In this document: positions 1 to 9,609 of the stretch, one piece after another | How positions within the stretch are numbered: the first letter of the stretch is position 1 | Layout of the letters: each line of letters starts with the position of its first letter | Assembly (NCBI GenBank): GCA_052327205.1 | Contig: CM126209.1 | Coordinates: forward strand, 49,166,001-49,230,000 | Length of the DNA stretch: 64,000 bases | Direction of reading: 5' to 3' | Source of the DNA: Somniosus microcephalus | Taxonomy: Eukaryota | Position numbers and translations under genes: made by a program | The notes under the pieces: generated by a model | Databases searched by the model: none | Told to the model about the DNA's origin: nothing | Seen by the model: the letters and a program-made list of their open reading frames with translations, nothing else

Positions 1-814
1 CGTTAGGTGCGCGCGGACAAACCCCGTTACCAGGATGACATTGGAATCTTGGTAAAGGGGTTTACACATGCACACTCCTGTTGGAAGTGTGCTTGTGCAT
101 CTCGGACGCCATTTTTGAGCGTTAGGAGACGGCATAGTGCCTAAAAGACAGGTGCTACAGAGCCTAATTTCTCACCCTATGAATATACTTTTTTAATTTA
201 CTAAGATACTGACTATTTTACACCAGTATAACAAGCAAATGGTTTCTAAAGTCATTTTCAGTTATTTAAAATCGGGTGGTGGATTAGACACTCTGATTAA
301 AATGCTTATTTTTTGTGATAAACCCATTTTCAGCTGTATTAATCAAGCTGCATCAAGTTATTACTCTTAAATATATCAAGGAATATTTTTTAAAGCTAAA
401 ATGTTTTTTTTAAAGCATAATTGTCTTTTAAAAAAAAAATTACATTCTAAAATGCTGCCCGATTGCACTGGTTCATGGCAGACTTTATGGCCTCGATTTT
501 CATTGAGCCGTGGAGGCGGGCTTGGAAGTGTGCGGGGGGGGTTAAAATCGCAAAAACTGGCGGGAAGGACCACCCCCCCCCCAGCCTGGTGCCCAACTCC
601 GAGCAATTTTAACTCTGTCGTGTCTGATGGTCCCGACTCCGACCCGCATCCAACAGACGGGACTGGTCATTAAGGCCCTTAACAACCACTAAATGGCCTC
701 TATAATCCTATTTTGAAAGGCCCTTGCGAATTTAACCCTTTTCCCACATGAAACACGCCTGGTGGGAAACACGAATGTGAAACCTGGCGGGAGCACTACT
801 GGATTGCTGACTAT

Positions 815-994
815 TGTAGTGTCCAAGGATCAATAATACTCAGACTGCAGGAGAACAATAAAACAGGTATTTACTAAACAGAGACTAATTCAAGACTGAA
901 ATACAGAAGCCTGCTATGGCTTTATATACATGGGTGGTCACTGCCGGTACTGCAGTATAGAATCAGTTCTTCTCTTAAAGGCACATACACAACA
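815..994 (-). repeat. 3' LTR of deleted Gypsy element
   Basis: TG...CA termini; about 9 mismatches against the 3001-3180 copy (manual count). Confidence 0.95.
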
Positions 995-1103
995 ATTCCT
1001 CCCCTTTTAGATAACCAGTACATAACATTCATTTAACAACTAAATAATAACTAATTACAATTACAATTTTCTCTGTACTATATACATCAACTGAAATAAT
1101 CAT

Positions 1104-2456
1104 TTATAAGTTCAGTCTTTGAGGAGGCTTCCTGATCCTGGCTGGATAGCGCCTTTCTCGAGTATCCTGTTCTTGCGGCGGAGTTGATTCTGGTTCATTG
1201 TCATTGGTTGGTTCGTCAGCCTCCAATACCACTGCTTCTGAGGTAGACGCAATCTGTACTTCGGGTTGATTACCAGGTGCACCTGCTCGTGGTATGGGTT
1301 TGGCTTGTTCCTGTGGCTCTAGAATCTGGTCAGCATGGCATCTCACGATGCTCTCTCCAACGTCCACTGTGTACATTAGTGGTCCCTGCTGTGTGCATAT
1401 CGTTCCTGGCTGCCATTTTTCTGTTCAGTAGTCGCGGGCCAAGACTGGTTGCCCTATCTTGAAGCTCCTTGCCTTTACCAGTACAATCGACTGGTATTCG
1501 GGGTATGTGTGAGAATAGCTGCTCATAGTCTCGTCGATTCATGACAGTTAGGGCTGATCCTGTGTCCAATTCCATCTTTACTGGGGACGCTGCTATCATG
1601 AGGGTGACCCAAATGGTTCGGTGATCCTCCTTTGCGATCACGTTGTGTAACTTTAGACAACTTAGTCTCCTGCTCCCGGAGTCCTTATCACTCTCCTGAT
1701 CTTCCGAACTACTGTCTGTCAATTTTTTTACTTTCTTGTACTTTTCCTTAGTAGTTCTTGTAGTGTTGGTTTTCTTTCCCGACCTGCAGACTCTTGCTAT
1801 GTGTCCCATTTTCCCACATTGCCTGCATACTTTGTCCTTAACCCAGCAGTCCTTCTGATTATGGGTTGTTCTGCCGCAGCGATAGCACTTTTCTGCTCCA
1901 TACGCTATTTCGTTAGTGCTGTATTCCTGTGGTTTCTGTTGTATTTCCGCAGCTCCCCGTGCTGCTGCTTCGTAGGATACTGCCATGCTGAAAGCCTGTT
2001 CTAGCGTCAGGTCCTTTTCCGAAAGTAGTCATTTCTGGGTTCCTTCACTCTGGAGCCCGCAGACAAACTTATCCTGCAAGGTGTCTGCCAGTCCTGCTCC
2101 GAACTGGCAGTGCTTCGATAACTTGCGTAGTTCCGTAAGATAGTCAGCATTGTTCTCATCTTTGTGCTGGTTTCTTTTATGGAACTTGAATCTTTCTGCT
2201 ATCAGCAGCGGTGTAGGGTTTAGGTGTTCCTGTAAGATATTAACAATCTCTTCAAAACTTTTCTCCATTGGTTTAGCTGGGGTAATTAAATTCCGCAATA
2301 GGCCGTACGTTCTCGTGACCATCAAATTTAATAATACTGATGCCTTCTTTCCATTGGCACCTCATTGGCATTGCAGTACACTGCAATTCTTTCCACATAC
2401 GTGGCCCAGTCTTCTATCTCGTTGTCGAAAGCAGTGATACTGCCACTCTTCGGCAT
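1104..2456 (-). pseudogene. Gypsy gag-protease remnant fused to integrase C-terminal tail
   Basis: Gag start MPKSGSITAFDNEIEDWATYVERI; ERFKFHKRNQ; two CCHC knuckles (CYRCGRTTHNQKDC, CRQCGKMGHIARVC); protease ELDTGS; then directly IN tail GPLMYTVDV...RRYPARIRKPPQRLNL; no RT or RNase H. Confidence 0.9.
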
Positions 2457-3000
2457 CTTGGGTGATTTAAAATGGCGCCTCCCGCGCTTTTTCTTCTTCC
2501 CCAATGGAATAAAATGGCGCCTCCCGCGCTTTTCCTTCTTCCCCTTGCTGCCACGCTGCTCCTAGCATTCTACAGGGTAATGGCGGCGACCCACGGCTTC
2601 AGTGCGTCTCACTTTTCCTTCCCCGCGTTCTATCCTCTCCACGCTGCCCTGTTCTTGAGCACCGACCGCGCCCTGTGCGCTCCACCCTTTCTCTCTCTCT
2701 TCCTCCCGACGACGCTGCACGGCCCCTTTGCAGAGCCGCTCGATCGAGCCCGAGCCCGCCGCAGTCCGGAAGGGTCAGCGCACTACCTGCTACCAGCATG
2801 ACTTGCTGGAACACCTCGACTGGGGAGCCAGGCCCAGCTCTCCACAGCCTCCCCTGCAACTCTTCGATGGATCCCTGGGCGGTTGCCCGCGGTCGACGCC
2901 CGCCTTTCTGACTTCGACCTCCAAGAAGCTTCTCTTCAGGGAAAAGATCCCCATGAGGTGATGCAGTACTGCAGGTGAGTTCAAACCTGCCCGTCACCAG

Positions 3001-3180
3001 TGTAGTGTCCGAGGATCAATAATACTCAGACTGCAGGAGAACAATAAAACAGGTATTTACTGAACAGGGAGTAATTCAAGACTGAAATACAGAAGCCTGC
3101 TATGGCTTTATATACAGGGGTGGTCACTGCCGGTACTGCGGTATAGAATCCGGTCTTCTCTTAAAGGCACATACACAATA
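3001..3180 (-). repeat. 5' LTR of deleted Gypsy element
   Basis: Direct repeat of 815-994. Confidence 0.95.
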
Positions 3181-3397
3181 ACTATCAACTGCAGGTCAAC
3201 CATTAAAGAGGAGATTTGATCAGTCATCATTTGCAGGTGGCTGGACTTAGTGGTCTCAGGTCTGGGGCAACTTTTAGAAGGCTTAACCACACCTGTGGAA
3301 GGTTGGAGCCTCACACCCATTTCCAGTGTGACCTCCTGGGATACCCCTCTTGCCACCTTCACTCAGTGCTTCCTCAACAGAGGAATATACCAGAAGC

Positions 3398-4632
3398 ATG
3401 GGAGCCATTTATTTCCTTTCCATCTGGGCATTAGAGGAGCTCAAGCACCAGCCGCGGCAGCAGCAGAACCAGGAACAACAGCAGCACCAGCAACAGCAGC
3501 AGCAGCAGGAGCGCCAGGCTGCTGCTCACCCACCTGAAGCTGCACAGGCCAGAAGGGGCCAGCGCCTGGAAGCCCGTCGGCGCAGGAGATACACCCCAAA
3601 CAGGGTCTACAGATGCAGGGACAGCTACCTCAACATGTCTGAGCAGCAGTGCCAAAGGCGGTCCGACTTTCGCGAGAGGTAGTGACTGACATCTGCGCAA
3701 TGCTACAGCAAGACCTGCTGCCCAGAGGACCAGGTGGACAAGCATTACCAGTGGTCATCAAAGTCACCACCGCACTCAACTTTTTTGCCTCAGGCTCATT
3801 CCAGGGATCAGCAGCAGCTCATCAGCGGCATCTCCCAGGTGGCTGCACACACTTGCATCACGCAGGTAACCGATGCCCTCTTTGCCTTCGCGTACAATCA
3901 CATTCATTTCACCAAGGATCGAGCAAGTGTCACGGCACGAGCGGTTGGATTAACTAATCTGGCAGGCTTTCCAAGGGTGCAGGGCGTCGTTGACTGCACA
4001 CATGTGGCCCTTAGGGCACCCCATCGCAATTAGGGTATTTTTGTCAACCGCAAGGGCTTCCACTCCCTCAATGTTCAGCTGGTGTGTGACCACAAGAAGG
4101 AAATTTTGCATGTTTGTGCCATGTACCCTGGCAATTGCCATGACTCCTTCATACTACGCCAGTCTAGTGTGCCTCCGCTATTCAGTCCTCCAGACCAACT
4201 TAACGGATGGCTACTTGGAGACAAGGGCTATCCCCTGAGGACGTGGCTAATGACGCCGTTGAGGAGGCCAGCCAACGAAGCTGAGGAGCTCTACAACTCC
4301 AGCCACATTTCCACCAGATCCATTATCGAGCAAATCATCGGTTTGCTGAAGATGCGCTTCAGATGCCTGGATAGATCAGGTGGGGCCCTGCAGTACTCAG
4401 CATCCAGGGTCTCCAGAATCATCATGGTTTGCTGTGCACTTCACAACATGGCACAGCGTCGTGGCTTGCAGATTCCTGAGGACCAAGTGCTCCTCACATA
4501 TCCTCCTCAGATGAGGAGGAGGAGTGCGAAAACAAACATCCTGCAGAAGCCCATCAACCAGCGGCAGCATTACGCGAGAGCATTGCTGCCCGGGATGCAA
4601 GGAACGCACTCATCCTGGCCAGATTTGCTTAG
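3398..4632 (+). pseudogene. Harbinger (HARBI1-like, DDE_Tnp_4) transposase with frameshifts and a nonsense codon
   Basis: Motifs across ORF pieces: [51 protein letters not shown] (D1), [35 protein letters not shown] (D2), [23 protein letters not shown] (E), CCALHN; TAG at 4031-4033. Confidence 0.93.
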
Positions 4633-4889
4633 CCTAGTCAATCAAACACTTTTGCCTCGATGCTTCTTACCAGAGCTTTGACAATGGCCAAGAGCCAGAG
4701 GATTCCTAGCACTCTGACCACCATACTGACAGTTGTAAGTATTCCTAAGGCCTCAATGTGGAAGTCCCAATAGCGAAATGACAGACCCCACAATTGCAAC
4801 ATTTTCAATCAGAATTTTTATGTTCAATAACGACGTGATGGCATTTTTACAATAAACACAAAATTGCACTCAAGTGACTAACCTTGTGA

Positions 4890-6893
4890 TTATTTGTGCA
4901 GAATTTTCCTCTTACGCGTGCTCCTACGTGGTGCCTCCCCTGTGGCTTCAGCAGATGTGGAGGCCCCTTGCTCACTTTCCTGCTGCTCCTGCCTCGACAC
5001 CTTTGGTGGGCGTCCTCTGGGGTTGCGAGCCTATGAGGGCTCGTCAACAGTCTGCTGCTCCTGCGGCTGTGCAGAGGTTGAGACGTCTATCTCACTTGGG
5101 TGCGGACTCCAGTGGAGCTCTGACCGAGGGCTCTGCAGTGGCATGGAAGTGTGAGCGCTTGGAGAGGAGCCCCCACTTGAGGTCTGCCACCAACCTCCCT
5201 CTCATGGGTCAGGTCCCCCTCAGCACCTGCAAGTGGCTGGAGAACACCTTGCTGCACATTAGGGGGGCCATGGGGACCCGTATCTGCAATGACAGTCCTA
5301 CTCAGAAGGACTTCCATGAAGGTTTGGTTTCTCTGTTCAATAGATGCCCATCGCTCCTCAAGAGATGTCATTCTGTTCTGAACAATGACCATGTTTTCCA
5401 TACCCTGGCGACTAAGCTCCTCCATGGCCGTAGCCATCCTTTCCTCTACCGTAGGCATCCTCTCCTCTACGGTAGCCAGCCTTACCACGGAGGTAGCAAT
5501 CCTTTCCACGGAGGTAGCCATTATTTCCGTGGTGATGCGTTCATGCGCCAATGACTCCACAAAGGCTCTGCTCATGTTCGCTATGGACTCCTCCATTTGC
5601 TCCACACTCGCAGCGACCCTAGAGGCAAAACCTGCCAGAGACTCCTGCATCTGTGCCTGGAGTTCCATCACCTCTGATCTTATGGATGGACCCAAAGGCA
5701 GAGGGTCGACATGCTGCTGAGCTGAGCTGGCAGAGTCCTGCACCCTCCGACTAGGACTCTCCACTGCTGTCCCTGTCTCCACAATCTGCTGATGCTCACT
5801 TGTGAGCTGTGATACACCAGGTGACAACACTACTCTATGTCACGAAAGTCCCACCGAGGTGTGAGTGTCTGTGCTGGTGCTGGGTGCGCTGAATTCTGCT
5901 GACGCTGCGCCCTCAGACGTTGCAGCTTCCTCTGAGGAGTCTGACTGCTCAGCCTCTTCTTCCTGGCTAGGGGGGACGGATGCTTGTGATGGTCCTGTGG
6001 GGGAGTAAAGGAAAGAGTCAGAGATGTGATGCAAAGGCTACATGCACATATCTTTTTGCAGATGCTCATAAGTCCATCTGTTACAGCTTCACAATCATTA
6101 TCAGCGACTCATGCAATGTCAAAGAGAGAGATGGGAAACTTTTCTGTCACCAGCTTGCTGTGTTACACCCGTCTGTCCATCCCCCACGTGCAAATCATCC
6201 TCTATTCCCATAATTTCTAGGACAGCCTCCTCCCAGGGGGTCAGGTGGGCTAATCAGGCTGTCCCTCCTCCTGTCCTGGCTCGCTCTCTTTTGTTGTGGG
6301 CTCCCTTTTCCTGCAATGAGGGAGAAAAGTGGAGGTTGAGTGAGAATAAAGGAGTGAGTGTAGAGATTGCATAGCATAGATACTTAGAAGGAGACAAAGA
6401 TGGAGTGAGGTTGCAAGACCAAGGGCCCTCCCTGTGTGTTGTCAGTTGTGTTCAAAGCATCAGAGTGATAGGGAGTGTGAGGACTGCATGGTCGAATAGT
6501 TATGTGAATGTGAGCATAGAGAGAGAAGGAATGGGTAAGGGTGCATGGATGTCAATGTCAAGTGGGATGTGGAGGAAGAGATTGCTAAAGGTGAGTGCTG
6601 GTGAGGAAAGGCAATGGGGATCAGATTGAGGGTGATGGGAAATTCATACTCACTTTTCCAGTGCGCTGAAGGTCATGAAATCTTTTCCTGCACTGTATCC
6701 AGGTTCTGCGGGTGACTCACAAGGTGTTGACCTCCTCAGCCACCTGCATCCACACTGCCTTGGTCTGAGTGGGAGGCCTCTTCCCCCCTGATGAAGGGAA
6801 GAGCACCTCCCTGTTGGCCCTAGCCCCATCCACTAATGCCTGCAGTGCCACCTCGTCAAAGCGAGGAGCTGATCTGGCCCTCCCGCTTGTCAT
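4890..6893 (-). pseudogene. Harbinger accessory Myb/SANT-like (trihelix) DNA-binding protein, 3 exons (6893-6654, 6310-6151, 5994-~4890)
   Basis: Exon 1 RSAPRFDEVALQALV...W.QVAEEVN...RTWIQCRKRFHDL; exon 2 ERARTGGG...LTPWEEAVL; exon 3 acidic region, coiled coil and basic C-terminus RRSTRKRKILHK* (reached via a frameshift). GT-AG junctions keep phase; in-frame TGA at 6717-6719, 6254-6256, 5840-5842. Confidence 0.85.
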
Positions 6894-7473
6894 ATTTGCT
6901 GCAGCTCCCTCACACTGCACAGTCAAGAAGCTTGGTAGTCTGCAGAAGAAGCAAGGCTTGCAGTGGACCTTAAATGCAACAGCAATGATGACGTCATCGG
7001 AGGGGACTTTCAGTCATAAAAAAACCATTTGCAAAGGCTTCCCACACGTTGGAAATCAATTGGCCAATTCAGTTAAAATTGCATCAATCTCCCACATGCA
7101 TTTAGATTCGTGTGGGAAACACGAAATTCGGATAACATGACACCATCCTGCACCTGAGTTAAAATCCCCTCCTATGTTTGGTGATATGCAAATGAGTTTG
7201 AGCAGAAGCTCGAGGGGAAAAAACACTTCCCAAACTAGCACAACTTTGGGCACAATTTCCGCCCGGATCACTGATTGCACCCAAAGTGGAAACGCTACCC
7301 CGGTATATTTTGAATAACAGATTTCCAGAACTATTCAGTGGCGGCATTCCCAGTGCTTAACATTTAGATTTTTTTTTGTTTTAAATGATTTTACTGCTGA
7401 TAATCTAAGATGAAGTAGGTTACAGTCAAATAAAGACATTGCAGTGTCAGTGCTGAATCTGTCCCATACAGGA

Positions 7474-7965
7474 TAACAACAACAACTTGCATTTATATAG
7501 CACCTTTAATGTACTAAAACATCCCAAGGTTCTTCACAGAAGTATTATAAGACAAAAAATTTGACACCGAGCCACATAAGGAGAAATTAGGGCAGGAAGA
7601 GGTAGGTTTTAAGGAGTGTCTTAAAGGAGGAAAGAGAGGTACGAGGCGGAGAGGTTTAGGCAGGGAATTCCAGAGCTTAGGGCCTAGTCAACAGAAGGCA
7701 CGGCCACCAATAGTTGAGTGATTATAATCAGAGGATGCTCAAGAGGGTAGAATTAGAGGAGCGCAGATATCTCGGAGGGTTGTGGGGCTGGAGGAGATTA
7801 CAGAGATAGGGAGGGGGCGAGGCTATGGAGGGATTTGCAAACAAGGATGAGAGTTTTGAGATTGAGGCATTGCTTAACCGGGAGCCAATGTAGGCCAGCG
7901 AGCACAGGGGTGATGGGTGAACAGGACTTGGTGCGAGTTAGGACATGGGCAGCCAAGTTTTGGAA
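7474..7965 (-). mobile_element. L2-type LINE 3' fragment
   Basis: (caa)n-ttgcatttatatagcaccttt tail; same family as 35665-36070 in opposite orientation. Confidence 0.75.
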
Positions 7966-8109
7966 GTAGAATATCCATTCAGCAAAAACCCTATGGAACT
8001 GTAGGAGATCAGCTTTTCCACCTTTAGATGTTCCTTTTTTTCATTTGTATTACCATCTAAAACTTTTTAGTAGATTCAGAGTGAATTACTTTCAATTCTG
8101 ACATCATGT

Positions 8110-8398
8110 TGTGGCGTACCGATCACAGAAAGGACACAATCCGCTTTCCGGTCCGTAGACTATAAATCAGGCGTCAGGCCTTTAAGAAGGATCACACCTT
8201 TAAGAAACTCGATCTGCAACATAGTTAAGCCCAGAGCGGGGGAGGAGCAGTCGAAGCTGTGCACTGATGAAAGGCAGTCGTACTTTGTGTAGTCTCTGAC
8301 TCCATTTTGTGTTCAGCATGCAGCCTCAACAATTAAACCTTTTCTGTTGAACCTCTCCGAGTTCAGTATTTTTTGCTAGGAGTACGTAGACTCCTACA
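8110..8398 (+). repeat. 5' LTR
   Basis: TG...CA; TATAAA and ATTAAA inside; direct repeat of 12266-12554. Confidence 0.97.
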
Positions 8399-8438
8399 TT
8401 GGTGACCCCGACACTCAGGACGACTCCTAAGCGTAACC

Positions 8439-9578
8439 ATGGCTGACACAAACGCAGTTTCTGTGAAGCTGCCGGAGTTCTGGAAGAACCTGGCCACCGC
8501 CTGGTTCCTTCAAGCCGAATCGCAATTCCGACTCCGCGGCATCACCACCGACGCAACGATGTACGACTACCTCCTCGCCTCCCTGGGCAGCTCCACAATC
8601 ACGAAAGTCTGGACAGCACTACAAAACCCTCCGGAGGAAGGCAAGTACGCACATCTCAAGGCCGCGCTCATTAAAAAATTCACAGCCTCCCAATTCTTGC
8701 GTAACTGCCACCTCCTCAACCTCCCGGGCCTCGGTGACTCCACGCCGTCAGACTTGCTCTCACACATGCTTGCTCTGACCGACGAGAAACCGCCCGGCTC
8801 CCTCTTCCGCACGCTCTTTATCCGTCAACTACCTCCCAGCATCCGCCTGGCGATTGTGGCATCCAGCCTCACGGACCTCGAGGCCCTGGCCGACGAAGCC
8901 GATAAGCTCCTGTCCGCCAGCTCCAACCATGCCGTCAAACCCGACCTGGCCTCCGCAGCGTCGGCGCGCGCTCCACCCTCTATCGCGCGGTCACACAGCT
9001 CGGCCACGAGGCCCCCCAGGCCCCCACATCCCCCAAGCCCTACGACCCAGGGATACTGCTACTTCCATACCCGGTTCGGCGCACGGGCACGCCGCTGCAG
9101 CCATCCCTGCACGTTTCCAACCGCCCCCACACCGGCCTACACGAGGGCCACGGGGCAAGCAGGCGCGCTGCTGTACGTTACGGACAGCGCCTCCGGACGC
9201 CGTTTCCTATGCGACACAGGCGCGCAGCGCAGCATCATCCCCGCGTCCGCCCTCGAGATCCAGCGAGGCGGCCGCGGCCCTGCGCTGGCTGCCGCCAACG
9301 GCACCGACATCCGGACGTATGGCACCCGCACCGTCACCATCGACCTCGCAGGCCGCCGCTACCACTGGGAGTTTATCACCGCCAAGGTGCTCTCCCCGCT
9401 CCTCGGTGCGGATTTCCTGTGCGCCCACGGCCTGTTGGTCGACATGCCTCGGCGCCGCCTCGTGGACATGAACACCATGTCACCTATCCCGGGCGCCATG
9501 GCCCCCCCCCCAACCCACCGAAATGGCGTGACAGTGCCGCGCCCGCTCAACGGACGACTACTCAGCAGTCCTGGCTGA
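8439..9578 (+). CDS. Gypsy gag plus aspartic protease
   Basis: VSVKLPEFW...WFLQAESQF gag N-terminus; [18 protein letters not shown] zinc motif; protease [10 protein letters not shown] and LLGADFL. Confidence 0.9.
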   Translation: MADTNAVSVKLPEFWKNLATAWFLQAESQFRLRGITTDATMYDYLLASLGSSTITKVWTALQNPPEEGKYAHLKAALIKKFTASQFLRNCHLLNLPGLGDSTPSDLLSHMLALTDEKPPGSLFRTLFIRQLPPSIRLAIVASSLTDLEALADEADKLLSASSNHAVKPDLASAASARAPPSIARSHSSATRPPRPPHPPSPTTQGYCYFHTRFGARARRCSHPCTFPTAPTPAYTRATGQAGALLYVTDSASGRRFLCDTGAQRSIIPASALEIQRGGRGPALAAANGTDIRTYGTRTVTIDLAGRRYHWEFITAKVLSPLLGADFLCAHGLLVDMPRRRLVDMNTMSPIPGAMAPPPTHRNGVTVPRPLNGRLLSSPG

Positions 9579-9609
9579 TTTCCCAGCCCTCACCAACCCG
9601 ACCTTCTCC

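Larger units (their letters stand above)
815..3180 (-). mobile_element. Internally deleted Ty3/Gypsy LTR retrotransposon
   Basis: 180-bp LTRs 815-994 and 3001-3180; 5-bp TSD ACTAT (810-814, 3181-3185); PBS-like TGGTGACGGG next to 3001; polypurine tract AAAAGGGGAGGAAT next to 994. Confidence 0.95.
489..7172 (+). mobile_element. PIF/Harbinger DNA transposon, near full-length and decayed; two convergent genes; interrupted by an LTR element
   Basis: Transposase (+) and Myb/SANT-like gene (-) arranged tail to tail. Candidate imperfect TIRs GGCCTCGATTTT (489-500) / AAAATCCCCTCC (7161-7172), flanked by TAT on both sides (486-488, 7173-7175). Boundaries are less certain than identity. Confidence 0.85.

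Noticed and set aside
3398-4632. Host gene HARBI1
   Set aside because: Frameshifts, a stop codon, a linked Myb-like gene and two more copies nearby show it is a transposon, not the domesticated gene
4874-5720. Plus-strand ORFs of 226 and 111 aa
   Set aside because: Antisense to the Myb-like exon 3; no recognisable protein
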